Below, piece after piece: positions 29,125 through 40,843 of a stretch of DNA of 64,000 nt. The notes below the pieces were generated by a model, which was not told the origin of the DNA, made no database searches, and saw nothing but the letters and a program-made list of their open reading frames with translations. This DNA comes from an uncultured beta proteobacterium. Its GTDB lineage: Bacteria > Pseudomonadota > Gammaproteobacteria > Burkholderiales > SG8-39. Both the position numbers and the translations under genes were made by a program. Where the stretch lies: positions 30,242-94,241 of the forward strand of contig CAWGCC010000017.1 in assembly GCA_963820965.1 (NCBI GenBank), in the 5' to 3' direction. Numbering within the stretch: the stretch's first letter is position 1; every line of letters begins with the position of its first letter.

Positions 29125-29410
29125 CTAATGCCAGAGCTCTATGAGCCAGTCTTGATAGCCTCGGGAACGGTGTACTGCTAATGCGAGGATTCGAACCTGA
29201 AGGCGAAGCGGCTACGGTTCAGGAGTGCCGGTGTGAGCTCGCCCGATGATGAGGGCCGGTGGACGAAGCCTCCGCAAAGTAAAGCTTCGAGCCGGTAGGA
29301 TCTAACCTGACTGCGCGGTCGTACTTTAGAGGGGTAGCCGCGCCATTTGAGTGTCCATGAAAACGAGTTCTCCCGTATAAATCGCTAAAAAACAATAAGT
29401 TGAATCTTAG

Positions 29411-30178
29411 ATGAAAATCGCGACATGGAACGTCAACTCGCTCAAGGTCCGCCTTCCCCACCTGCTCGACTGGCTCGCGGCGAGCTCGCCCGATGTCGTC
29501 TGTCTTCAGGAGACCAAGCTCGACGACGCCAACTTCCCCGCCGCGGCGCTCGAGGCTGCCGGCTACGGAGCGGTCTTCTCGGGTCAGAAGACCTATAACG
29601 GCGTCGCGATCCTCGCGCGCGCGCCGCTGGCCGCGATCGATGCCGGCATCCCCGGCTTCGAGGACGCGCAAAGGCGCGTCCTCAGCGCAACCGCCGGCGA
29701 TGTTCGCGTCGTCTGCGCGTACGTCCCGAACGGGCAGGCGGTCGGCTCCGAGAAGTACGAGTACAAGCTGAAGTGGCTGCGCGCTTTCGCCGACTGGCTA
29801 CGCGGCGAGCTCGCTGCGCATCCGAACCTCGTGGTGCTCGGCGACTACAACATCGCACCGGAGGACCGCGACGTGCACGACCCGAACCGCTGGGCGGGCC
29901 AGGTGCTCTGCAGCGAGCCCGAGCGTGCCGCGTTTCGCGCCCTGCTCGGACTCGGGCTCAAGGACAGCTTCCGGCTCTTCGAGCAGCCCGAGAAATCGTT
30001 CACCTGGTGGGACTACCGGCTGAACGCGTTCAAACGGAACCTGGGGCTGCGCATCGACCACATCCTCGTCGCCCCGGCGCTCGTGGCGAAGTGCACGGGT
30101 GCGGCGATCGATCTCGCGCCCCGCCGGCTCGAGCGGCCGTCGGATCACGCGCCGGCGGTCGCGGAGTTTTCGCTCTGA
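29411..30178 (+). CDS. xthA: exodeoxyribonuclease III
   Basis: Contains [22 protein letters not shown]..., CLQETK, GDYNIAP and RIDHILV. Confidence 0.9.
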   Translation: MKIATWNVNSLKVRLPHLLDWLAASSPDVVCLQETKLDDANFPAAALEAAGYGAVFSGQKTYNGVAILARAPLAAIDAGIPGFEDAQRRVLSATAGDVRVVCAYVPNGQAVGSEKYEYKLKWLRAFADWLRGELAAHPNLVVLGDYNIAPEDRDVHDPNRWAGQVLCSEPERAAFRALLGLGLKDSFRLFEQPEKSFTWWDYRLNAFKRNLGLRIDHILVAPALVAKCTGAAIDLAPRRLERPSDHAPAVAEFSL

Positions 30179-30266
30179 GTCGGGCGAGCCCCGTCCGAAA
30201 CGCCGCATCTGGCGACGGATTGCGAGCGTAGAATTCGCGTGACCCTACTCCACACGAGCTCCCCGC

Positions 30267-30668
30267 GTGGAACTCGCCGACGACATCCGCAAGCGCGGCT
30301 TCAAGAAGTGGTATGAGCGCCAGCTCCTCGAGAGCCATGCGTATCTCGTCACCTGCTTCCTCTGCATGATACTGGTGGCGGCGTTGCTGGAAGAAGTGAG
30401 CTTCCGCGGGTCCGGGGCGAAGCCCTTCCTGATGCTGGCACTGATCGCGGGCGGCGGTCTTGTCGGCCTGTTCTCCTGGCGGCGATATCGGGCGATCATG
30501 GTCGCCGCTGAACGCCTCGGCGACCGCTCCGTATGCGAGCAGTGCCACGCGTACGCGAAGTTCGACATTCTCGAGGCGGGCGGGGGGATGGTCACGATGG
30601 AGAGCGAGCCGGACACGTGGCTGCGAGTGCGCTGCCGGAAATGCGGGCACGGCTGGACGATGCCCTGA
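30267..30668 (+). CDS. hypothetical membrane protein with C-terminal zinc-ribbon
   Basis: 133 aa with a GTG start, two TM segments, then CEQCHAYAKF...RCRKCGHGW (CxxC...CxxC). Confidence 0.55.
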   Translation: MELADDIRKRGFKKWYERQLLESHAYLVTCFLCMILVAALLEEVSFRGSGAKPFLMLALIAGGGLVGLFSWRRYRAIMVAAERLGDRSVCEQCHAYAKFDILEAGGGMVTMESEPDTWLRVRCRKCGHGWTMP

Positions 30669-30682
30669 CCGGCGGGCGCCGC

Positions 30683-30933
30683 GAGGCGGCCGCGTGCGCC
30701 ACTGAGCAGGGGCCCCGGCGCCTCAGCGCCGGGGATGCGAACAAGGCGAATCGCGGCCAGCCGCCGACCGCGCTGCATGTCGGTCCGCCGGCGATTGCGG
30801 AGGCGGCCGCGTGCGCCACTGAGCAGGGGCCCCGGCGCCTCAGCGCCGGGGATGCGAACAAGGCGAATCGCGGCCAGCCGCCGACCGCGCTGCATGTCGG
30901 TCCGCCGGCGATTGCGGAGGCGGCCGCGTGCGC
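30683..30933. repeat. perfect tandem duplication of a 117-bp unit (2.15 copies)
   Basis: gaggcggccgcgtgcgccactgagcaggggccccggcgcctcagcgccggggatgcgaac... begins at 30683, 30800 and 30917 (the last copy is partial). Each unit holds the palindrome CCCCGGCGC-CTCA-GCGCCGGGG. Confidence 0.9.
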
Positions 30934-30937
30934 GGCG

Positions 30938-31576
30938 GTGCTCGCCGTTGCGTTTGCCCTCGACCGCCTGTCCCCGATCTGGGGGCAGATCGCCGCCGGA
31001 TTCGGCGTCTGGGCGTTTGCGCTTGTGATCCTCGAACGCGCATCGGGACCGCGGCGCCGGATGCTCTTCGCGCTCCTCGCGTGGGCAACCGTGGGCGAGC
31101 TCTTCTGCTCGCTCGTATGGGGGCTCTACACCTACCGGCTCGGCAACATCCCGCACTTCGTCCCGCCGGGCCACGTGCTCGTTTTCCTGATCGGGATGCA
31201 GGTTGCCCGGGCGGTCACGCCGGCCATGAGCGACCGGCTCACCGCCGGGTATGCGGTGCTCGCGGCGTGCGCAGCGGTATTCCTCGGCGACGAGCTCAGC
31301 GTGCTCCTCTTCGCCGTCTATCTGCTGGTCTACCGGCTGAAGCCGGACCTGCGCGCATTGCTAGCGACAATGTTCCTAATGACGTTGGCGCTCGAACTCG
31401 CGGGGACGGCGCTCGGGACGTGGGCCTGGGCGCCGCGCACGCCCGCGCTGGGACTCGCGACGACGAACCCGCCGTTCTCCGTCGCGGCGTTCTACTGCGT
31501 GCTCGACACGCTGGTGTTCCTCACGGTGCAGGGCCGGCTCTGGCGCTTGGTCGAGCTCAAGCTATCCACTCGCTGA
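30938..31576 (+). CDS. hypothetical polytopic membrane protein
   Basis: This is the distal part of ORF 30533..31576 (VLAVAFALDRLSPIWGQIAAGFGVWAFALVILE...FYCVLDTLVFLTVQG). The start is uncertain: GTG 30938, ATG 31061, or upstream through the repeat from ATG 30640. Confidence 0.5.
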   Translation: MLAVAFALDRLSPIWGQIAAGFGVWAFALVILERASGPRRRMLFALLAWATVGELFCSLVWGLYTYRLGNIPHFVPPGHVLVFLIGMQVARAVTPAMSDRLTAGYAVLAACAAVFLGDELSVLLFAVYLLVYRLKPDLRALLATMFLMTLALELAGTALGTWAWAPRTPALGLATTNPPFSVAAFYCVLDTLVFLTVQGRLWRLVELKLSTR

Positions 31577-33236
31577 CCGGCGCGCGCGCCTCATGTAGCG
31601 GCTGGCAGACGACGTCGACGAACGCCGGCTCGCCCGACGCGACGGCGCCCGCGAACACCTCCCGGAGCTTCGCCGGGTCCTCCACGCGCCAGCTTCGCAC
31701 CCCGAATGCCGACGCGACCGCCGCGTGGTCGGTGGCGGAGAAATCGACCGCGAAGTAGCGCTCGCCGAAGCCCGATTTCTGCCCGGCCTTGATCCAGCCA
31801 TAGGTCGCGTTCGAGATCACGACCATCGTGACCGGGACGCGATAGCGCACGATCGTTTCGAGCTCGCCCGCGGTCATGCCGAAGCTGCCGTCGCCCATCA
31901 CGGCGACGACTTTGGCGCCCGGCCGGCCGAAATGCGCCCCGACTGCGGCGGCCATCGAGTACCCAAGCGCGCCGTGCGCGCGGTTGGAAAAATAGTGGCG
32001 GCCTGCCCGGGCGACCTGGTAATACGCCGAGAGATACGGGCACGGCGTCCCGGGGTCGGCGACGACGATCGCATCGTCCGGCAGCACCGCGCTCAACTCG
32101 GCGACGACGCGCTCCGGGCGGATCGGCCGCTCGCCCGAGCGGGCGAGAGGCTCGAACGCCGCGCGCTTCTCCCGGTTCGCTTTCGCCGCGGCAACGCGTC
32201 CCCAGCCGCCGGATCGAGGCGCGAGCGCATCGCGCAACGCCGCAAGCGTCAGCTTCGCATCACCGGTCAGACCGGCTGCGGTGGGGTAGTTCGCGCCGAT
32301 CACCCGCGGGTCGACATCAAGATGGATCACGGTGATCCTGCCCGGCGCAGGGAAGCGCCAGCGCTCGGTCGTGACCGACCCGGCCCGGCAGCCGACGAAC
32401 GCGACCACGTCCGCCGCCTCGACTACGGCGCGCGTCGAGGGCGTCCCGCCGTTCGAGCCCACGACGCCGACCGCGAGCGGATGGTCCTCGGCGATCGAAC
32501 CCTTGCCGCTGATCGTCGTTGCGACCGGCGCGCCCAGCGCCTCCGCGCAGGCGGCGAGCTCGGGCTCGGCGCCCGAGATCACCGCACCCCCACCAACGAT
32601 GAAGAGCGGCCGCTCGGCTGCCGCGAGCAGCCTCGCAGCCTCGGCGACCGCTTGCGCGCCGGCAGCCGACCGGCGCGCCGGATACGCGCCGAGCGAAGAG
32701 TCGCCCCAGAGCTCGGGGTCGTCGACCGGCTGCCGCTGCACGTCGTAGGGCAAGCCGATGTGCACGGCTCCCGGCCGACCCGTGGCGAGCTCGGAGAACG
32801 CGCGCCGCAGCGTGCGGGGAATGTCCGCCGCGGCATCGAGCACCGCGTTCCACTTGGTGAGCGGACGGAAGAGCGCCGCCTGGTCGAGCTCGGTCAGCGC
32901 AAACCGCCCGCGCGCCGAAACCGAGATGTCGGAGGTGAAGCACAGCACCGGGATCGACGATTCGTTGGCCTCGACCACGCCGGGGAGGATGTAGGTCGCG
33001 CCGCCGCCGCTCGGCCCTTCGCACACGCCCACGTGGCCAGACACGCGCGCGTAGCCGTCCGCCATGTAGGCGGCCGAGCGCTCGTCGCGGGTCAGGACGT
33101 GCCTGATGCCGTGGTCGAGACGGTACAGCGCGTCGTAGAGCGGCAGGCTCGTGTCGCCGCAGAGGCCGAACACGTGCTTCACGCCGTGCAGCTGAAGCAT
33201 GCGGACGAACGCCTCCGCGCCGGAGAGCTGAGCCAT
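31557..33236 (-). CDS. thiamine-diphosphate-dependent enzyme (acetolactate-synthase-like family)
   Basis: 559 aa. N-terminal GAEAFVRMLQLHGVKHVFGLCGDTSLPLYDAL, and TPP motif MGDGSFGMTAGELETIVRYRVPVTMVVISNATYG. Confidence 0.8.
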   Translation of the reverse strand: MAQLSGAEAFVRMLQLHGVKHVFGLCGDTSLPLYDALYRLDHGIRHVLTRDERSAAYMADGYARVSGHVGVCEGPSGGGATYILPGVVEANESSIPVLCFTSDISVSARGRFALTELDQAALFRPLTKWNAVLDAAADIPRTLRRAFSELATGRPGAVHIGLPYDVQRQPVDDPELWGDSSLGAYPARRSAAGAQAVAEAARLLAAAERPLFIVGGGAVISGAEPELAACAEALGAPVATTISGKGSIAEDHPLAVGVVGSNGGTPSTRAVVEAADVVAFVGCRAGSVTTERWRFPAPGRITVIHLDVDPRVIGANYPTAAGLTGDAKLTLAALRDALAPRSGGWGRVAAAKANREKRAAFEPLARSGERPIRPERVVAELSAVLPDDAIVVADPGTPCPYLSAYYQVARAGRHYFSNRAHGALGYSMAAAVGAHFGRPGAKVVAVMGDGSFGMTAGELETIVRYRVPVTMVVISNATYGWIKAGQKSGFGERYFAVDFSATDHAAVASAFGVRSWRVEDPAKLREVFAGAVASGEPAFVDVVCQPLHEARAPVSEWIA

Positions 33237-34324
33237 CAGGCGGGGCCGGGCGGCTTCTGAGGCGGCGGTTCAGCCGGTGCCTCGGACACCCAGTCGTCGA
33301 GCAGCGTGTAGGCCACCGCGAGCACGACCGGGCCGACGAAGAGACCGAGCAGCCCGAACGAGACGAGGCCGCCGATCACGCCGGCGAAGATGAGCAGCAA
33401 CGGCAGGTCGGCGCCCTTCCTGATCAGGATCGGGCGCAGCACGTTGTCCATGCTGCCGACGATGATCGTCCACACGAGAAGCGCGACGAACCACCCGGTC
33501 GAGCCCTGGAACCACAGCCACACGAGCGCACACACGAGCACTGGCACGGCGCCGATCTGCGCCACTGCCAGCATGAACATGACCGCGGTGAGCACCGCCG
33601 CGAACGGCACCCCGGCGACCCAGAGACCGATACCGCCGAGCAGGGCCTGGACGAACGCCGTCAGCACCACGCCGAGGGCGACGCCGCGGATCGCCTTTCC
33701 GGCGAGCTGAACCACGTTGTCGCCGCGCTCGCCTGCGAGCCGCCGGCCGAAGCGCCGTACCCACCTTCCCCATGACTCGCCGATCGCGTACATGATCGCC
33801 GCAATCACGACTGTCAGCAGGAACTGCACGCTGACGAGGCCGAAACCGCCGACCTCGGCGACGAACCAGCGCACGACGCGGCCGGCGTACGGCGCCACGA
33901 CCTCGTCGAGGTCCTCCACCCCCTTCGCCGCGTATTCGTTCCAGAGCGCCGCGGTCTGCTCGCCGACGACCGGCACCTTCGCCACCCACTCCGGCACGAT
34001 GGGCAGCTTGAAGCCCCGCAAGCCCTTCGCCCAGCTCGCGATCTCGTCGGCGTGGTTCACGATCGTGCCGATCGCCGCCGAGAACGGCGCGACGAAGACG
34101 AGCAGCAGCGCGAGCGTCATGACCGTGACCGCGAGCCAGCGCTTGTTCCAGAGCCGGCCCTGCACCGCGAGCATCACCGGCCAGGTCGAGACGACGATCA
34201 TGGTCGCCCAGATGACCGGGGCAAGGAACGGCCGCAGGATCCACGCCGACGCGAGGATGAGCGCGCCGATGACCAGCACCGCGAGGACGGTGCGGGTGAG
34301 ATCGCGACTGAGATCAGTGGCCAT
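33236..34324 (-). CDS. AI-2E family transporter (PerM-like permease)
   Basis: 362 aa, multi-TM. The C-terminal motif is MDNVLRPILIRKGADLPLLLIFAGVIGGL. Confidence 0.85.
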   Translation of the reverse strand: MATDLSRDLTRTVLAVLVIGALILASAWILRPFLAPVIWATMIVVSTWPVMLAVQGRLWNKRWLAVTVMTLALLLVFVAPFSAAIGTIVNHADEIASWAKGLRGFKLPIVPEWVAKVPVVGEQTAALWNEYAAKGVEDLDEVVAPYAGRVVRWFVAEVGGFGLVSVQFLLTVVIAAIMYAIGESWGRWVRRFGRRLAGERGDNVVQLAGKAIRGVALGVVLTAFVQALLGGIGLWVAGVPFAAVLTAVMFMLAVAQIGAVPVLVCALVWLWFQGSTGWFVALLVWTIIVGSMDNVLRPILIRKGADLPLLLIFAGVIGGLVSFGLLGLFVGPVVLAVAYTLLDDWVSEAPAEPPPQKPPGPA

Positions 34325-34369
34325 GGCCGCGCCGGAGACAGTTGGCCGATCTTACCCGCAGCAGCCGGA

Positions 34370-35620
34370 CTACAGCGCCGCCAGGAACAGGCGGATGACG
34401 ACCGTGTTCAGCAGATCGATGAAGAACGCCCCGACGAGCGGGACGACGAGGAACGCGACGTGCGAGGCGCCGTGCCGCTGGGTGACCGCGGTCATGTTCG
34501 CCATCGCGGTCGGCGTCGCGCCGAGCCCGAAGCCGATGAAGCCGGCGCTGATCACGGCGGCGTCGTAGTTGCGGCCGAGCACGCGGAAGACCACCAGCAG
34601 CGCGAACAGGAGGGCGAGGACGAGCTGCAGGCTGAGCTCCACGAACAGCGGGCCGGCGAGATCCGCGAGCGCCCAGAGCTGCATGCTCATGAGCGACATC
34701 GAGAGGAACACGCCGAGCGACACCTCGGCGATGAGCGCGAGCGCCGGGGTGCGGCTCGGCCAGGCGACGCGCGGCGCGACGCGCGGCAGCAGGTTGGTGA
34801 GCACGATGCCGGCGAGCAGGCAGGGCACGAAGAGCGGCAGCTTCAAGCCGGTGCTTTCCAGCCACTGGTGGGCGAGGATGCCGAGGACCCCGCAGACGTG
34901 GATCGCGAGGATCGCGTGCAGGAACGAGAAGTAGTCGATGTCGGCCTGGGTGTCGCCGTAGTGCACGCCGACGTCGGGCGCCTCGCCGGCCGGGCCTTCC
35001 AGCCGGTACCGGCGGACGAGGAAGCGCGCCAGCGGGCCGCCGGCGACGCTCGCGAGCACGAGTCCCACCGTGGCGCACAGGACCCCGATCTCGAGCGCGT
35101 TGCCGATGCCGTGTTGCGCGGCGAACGACGGCGCCCAGGCGATCGCGGTGCCGTGCCCGCCGAGCAGGGAGACGCTGCCGGCGAGCAGGCCGATCGCGGG
35201 CGGCTGGCCGACCAGGGTCGCGACTGCAATCCCGAGAGCGTTCTGCAGCACCATGAACACCGCCACCGCCGCGAGCAGGAGGACGAGCGGCCGCCCGCCG
35301 GCCTTGAGGTCGCCGACGCGCGCGTTGATCCCGATGGTGGTGAAGAAGTAGACGAGCAGCACGTCGCGCGCGGTCAGCTCGAAGGTGACCCGGTAGCCGG
35401 ACACGAGGAAGACGAGCCAGAATACCGCCGCGAACAGCAGCCCGCCGGTGACCGGCTCCGGGATGTTGTACTCGCGCAGCAGCGCGAACCGGCGGGCGAG
35501 TGCCTTGCCGACGAAGAGCACCACGATGCCCGTGGTGACCGCGAGGAACGGGCGTACGAACAGCACGCCTTCCGGCTGGAATTCGACCATCCCCCTCCCC
35601 CGGCGGATGTGCTGGTTCAA
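34370..35620 (-). CDS. gltS: sodium/glutamate symporter
   Basis: 416 aa. The sequence FVGKALARRFALLREYNIPEPVTGGLLFA... is GltS-like throughout. Confidence 0.85.
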   Translation of the reverse strand: MNQHIRRGRGMVEFQPEGVLFVRPFLAVTTGIVVLFVGKALARRFALLREYNIPEPVTGGLLFAAVFWLVFLVSGYRVTFELTARDVLLVYFFTTIGINARVGDLKAGGRPLVLLLAAVAVFMVLQNALGIAVATLVGQPPAIGLLAGSVSLLGGHGTAIAWAPSFAAQHGIGNALEIGVLCATVGLVLASVAGGPLARFLVRRYRLEGPAGEAPDVGVHYGDTQADIDYFSFLHAILAIHVCGVLGILAHQWLESTGLKLPLFVPCLLAGIVLTNLLPRVAPRVAWPSRTPALALIAEVSLGVFLSMSLMSMQLWALADLAGPLFVELSLQLVLALLFALLVVFRVLGRNYDAAVISAGFIGFGLGATPTAMANMTAVTQRHGASHVAFLVVPLVGAFFIDLLNTVVIRLFLAAL

Positions 35621-35708
35621 AACGCCGCCGAGTATGCGCTGCGAGCGCTGCCGGCGCTACCGAACCCGCGGGTGAGAAATCCCGCCTTCCAGCCCGCTCC
35701 GCGCGGCG

Positions 35709-37316
<1,608 letters not shown>

Positions 37317-37625
37317 GGAGCGTCCTGGGAGAACGGTGGGGAGACCGGTATTTTATGCGTCGCAACATCCGCGCCGCAACGCAAAATCCTTCCCGGATCG
37401 TGAAACGCGGGGACTGGTTCGGGTCGCGTTCGTACCCGGGCCGTGTCGCTTGGCGAAGTCGTCGAGCGCGCCCTTGAGCTGCGGGCTCTCCCTTGCGGGA
37501 GAGGAACGCGACCTCACCGCCGTCCGCGAGCACCGCGTCGCTGTGCACCTTGAGGCTCGTGAAGACCCGCGCGGCTGGTCGGCGAGATTCTACGCGGAGC
37601 GAGGAAACGCTGGCGGAACCGCGCT

Positions 37626-39041
<1,416 letters not shown>

Positions 39042-39051
39042 CGGGCACCAG

Positions 39052-40137
39052 TCAGTCTTCGGTTTGCGGTTTGCGCGTGAGGGGCAGCACGATCCTGAAC
39101 GTCGTCCGTCCCGGCTGGCTGTCGCATTCGATCGAGCCGTGGTGGTGCTGCACGAACGTCTGCGCGAGCGTAAGTCCGAGCCCGGTCCCGCCTTCGCGGC
39201 CGGAAACGAGCGGGTGGAACACCCGCTCGCGCAGCTCGGGCGGAATTCCGGGACCGTTGTCGACCACTTGCAATTCCAATGCCAGCCGGTGACGGCGCCG
39301 GGCGATCGTGACCGAACGCTCGATGCGCGTGCGGAGCACGATCTCGCCGGGCCCCTCGTCCGCGCGCTTGTGCCCGCCGGCGCAGGCCTGGGCGGCATTC
39401 CGCACGATGTTGAGCACGGCCTGGATGAGCTGCTCGCGGTCGCCCTCGATCTCGGGGAGGCTGGTGTCGTAGTCGCGGACGATCCGCGCGCCCGCCGGAA
39501 ACTCGGCGAGGATGAGGCTCCGCACGCGCTCGCACACCTCGTGGACGTTCACCGGACCGATATGCGGCGGCCGGTGCGGCGTCAGGAGGCGGTCCATGAG
39601 GAGCTGCAGCCGGTCGGCCTCCTTGATGATGACCTGCGTGTACTCCCGCAGATCGGCCCGGTCGAGCTCGCGCTCGAGGAGCTGGGCCGAGCCGCGCAAC
39701 CCGCCGAGCGGATTCCTGATCTCGTGCGCGAGGTTGCGGATCAGCTCGCGGTTGGCGACGGCCTGCGTGAGGCTGCGCTCCTCCCGCTCGATGCGGAGGC
39801 GCTGGTCGATGGACCGCAGCTCCAGCACGAGCCGCGCGCGGCCATGCTCTGCGGGCGTCGCGAGGCAATTGAGGTGCAGCGGCAGCGCCCCTTGGCGCTC
39901 GAGACCGATCGCCTGGTCCCAGAAGCCCCAGTTCTTCGCGATCGCATGCCGGAGCTTCGCGTCGAACTGCCGCGCCTGCGTGAAGAGGTCCGGAAAGCGC
40001 TGGCCGGCCAGCTGTTTGGCGCCCGCCTCGAGCAGGTGCTCGGCCGGGGGATTCACGTAGAGCACGCGAAGCTCGGCATCGAGCACGACCACCGCCGTGC
40101 CGAGCAGATCGAGGCCGGGGAAACCCGGAGCGCTCAT
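39052..40137 (-). CDS. ntrB: nitrogen regulation sensor histidine kinase NR(II)
   Basis: A PAS-like N-terminus, H-box LAHEIRNPLGG and a HATPase_c domain (DNGPGIPPEL...GTGLGL). Confidence 0.9.
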   Translation of the reverse strand: MSAPGFPGLDLLGTAVVVLDAELRVLYVNPPAEHLLEAGAKQLAGQRFPDLFTQARQFDAKLRHAIAKNWGFWDQAIGLERQGALPLHLNCLATPAEHGRARLVLELRSIDQRLRIEREERSLTQAVANRELIRNLAHEIRNPLGGLRGSAQLLERELDRADLREYTQVIIKEADRLQLLMDRLLTPHRPPHIGPVNVHEVCERVRSLILAEFPAGARIVRDYDTSLPEIEGDREQLIQAVLNIVRNAAQACAGGHKRADEGPGEIVLRTRIERSVTIARRRHRLALELQVVDNGPGIPPELRERVFHPLVSGREGGTGLGLTLAQTFVQHHHGSIECDSQPGRTTFRIVLPLTRKPQTED

Positions 40138-40183
40138 GTGCCGCTCCGGCCGGCGCGCGCCGCCTGGTGGCGCGCGAGAAGAA

Positions 40184-40672
40184 CTAGCGGAGTGTCGCGA
40201 TTTCCCGCTTGAGCGCGGCGACGTTGCGTTCGTGCCGTTCGACCGCGTCCTGGTACGGTTTCAGCCGGTCGAGGACGCGCTGGTAGTTCTTCTCGTCGCC
40301 CAAGCGCACCGCCTCCTGCTCGGCCAGCTTCGCCTTGGCATCGCTGAGACCTTTCTCCTCGGTGGAAAGCTCGTCCTCGAGGATCCTGCGCCGGCCGTCG
40401 TCGCGCGCCTTCTGCGTGTCCTTGTCGACCTTCGGGAAGTTCGTGGGCGTCGGGGTGGCGGCCGCGCGCTGCTGCGGCGGCGGCCCGGACACCGAGACCT
40501 CCTTGGTCACGACGGTGCACTGCTTGCCGTCGGTCTCCTTCTTGATGTTGGTGTAGTGGGCGCCGCCGTCCTGCTCCACGCACTTCCAGACGGTGCCGGC
40601 GCCCTGCTGGGCATACGCGCTCCCCGCCACGGTGAACGCAGCGCAGGCCAGCCATCGAGTTGCGTATGCCAT
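40184..40672 (-). CDS. DUF4124 domain-containing protein
   Basis: A signal peptide followed by TVWKCVEQDGGAHYTN, with a coiled-coil C-terminus. It sits between glnA and ntrB. Confidence 0.7.
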   Translation of the reverse strand: MAYATRWLACAAFTVAGSAYAQQGAGTVWKCVEQDGGAHYTNIKKETDGKQCTVVTKEVSVSGPPPQQRAAATPTPTNFPKVDKDTQKARDDGRRRILEDELSTEEKGLSDAKAKLAEQEAVRLGDEKNYQRVLDRLKPYQDAVERHERNVAALKREIATLR

Positions 40673-40793
40673 GGAGACCGTCCGGATCTAGAAGGGGTTT
40701 CAAGTCTAGGGTAAGAGCGCCCTGATTACGTAACACTTTCTGGGCCTCCGGGGGCCTATTTCACGCCCGGCGGCGGGCCGGGCCGGGACACTC

Positions 40794-40826
40794 AAAAAGG
40801 GACGGGGGCCGAGCGCCCCCGTCCCT
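40794..40826 (-). terminator. rho-independent terminator of glnA
   Basis: The minus strand reads GGGACGGGGGC-GCTC-GGCCCCCGTCCC followed by TTTTTGAG, 18 nt after the glnA stop. Confidence 0.7.
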
Positions 40827-40843
40827 CGGCAAGCGCGTGCCGC

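Noticed and set aside
29176-29200. tRNA-like T-loop sequence (minus strand CAGGTTCGAATCCTCGCATTAGCA). It could have been a tRNA gene or a tRNA-derived att site for the island.
   Set aside because: No complementary 5' acceptor strand (GCTAATG), D-arm or anticodon arm lies upstream, and the T-stem does not pair (TCAGG/CCTCG). The surrounding sequence instead aligns with the 3' half of the attC-like repeats. I found no matching copy at the other island edge (21.3-21.5 kb).
30640-30937. Reading the 117-bp repeat region as a definite N-terminal extension of the downstream membrane protein (ORF 30533..31576).
   Set aside because: All six frames are open here. The unit contains a REP-like palindrome, and the extension would overlap the upstream gene. 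It is kept as an open alternative in the findings rather than annotated.
31557-31576. 20-nt convergent overlap of the 3' ends of the membrane-protein gene (+) and the TPP-enzyme gene (-).
   Set aside because: Short convergent overlaps are common in compact GC-rich genomes. Nothing in the sequence suggests a regulatory role.
37317-37625. 309-bp spacer between ntrC and aceB with a short open minus-strand stretch (…VHSDAVLADGGEVAFLSRKGEP…). It could be a gene relic or a small RNA.
   Set aside because: There is no start or stop structure, no recognisable motif, and no hairpin/terminator signature that I could support. It most simply contains the aceB promoter/leader.
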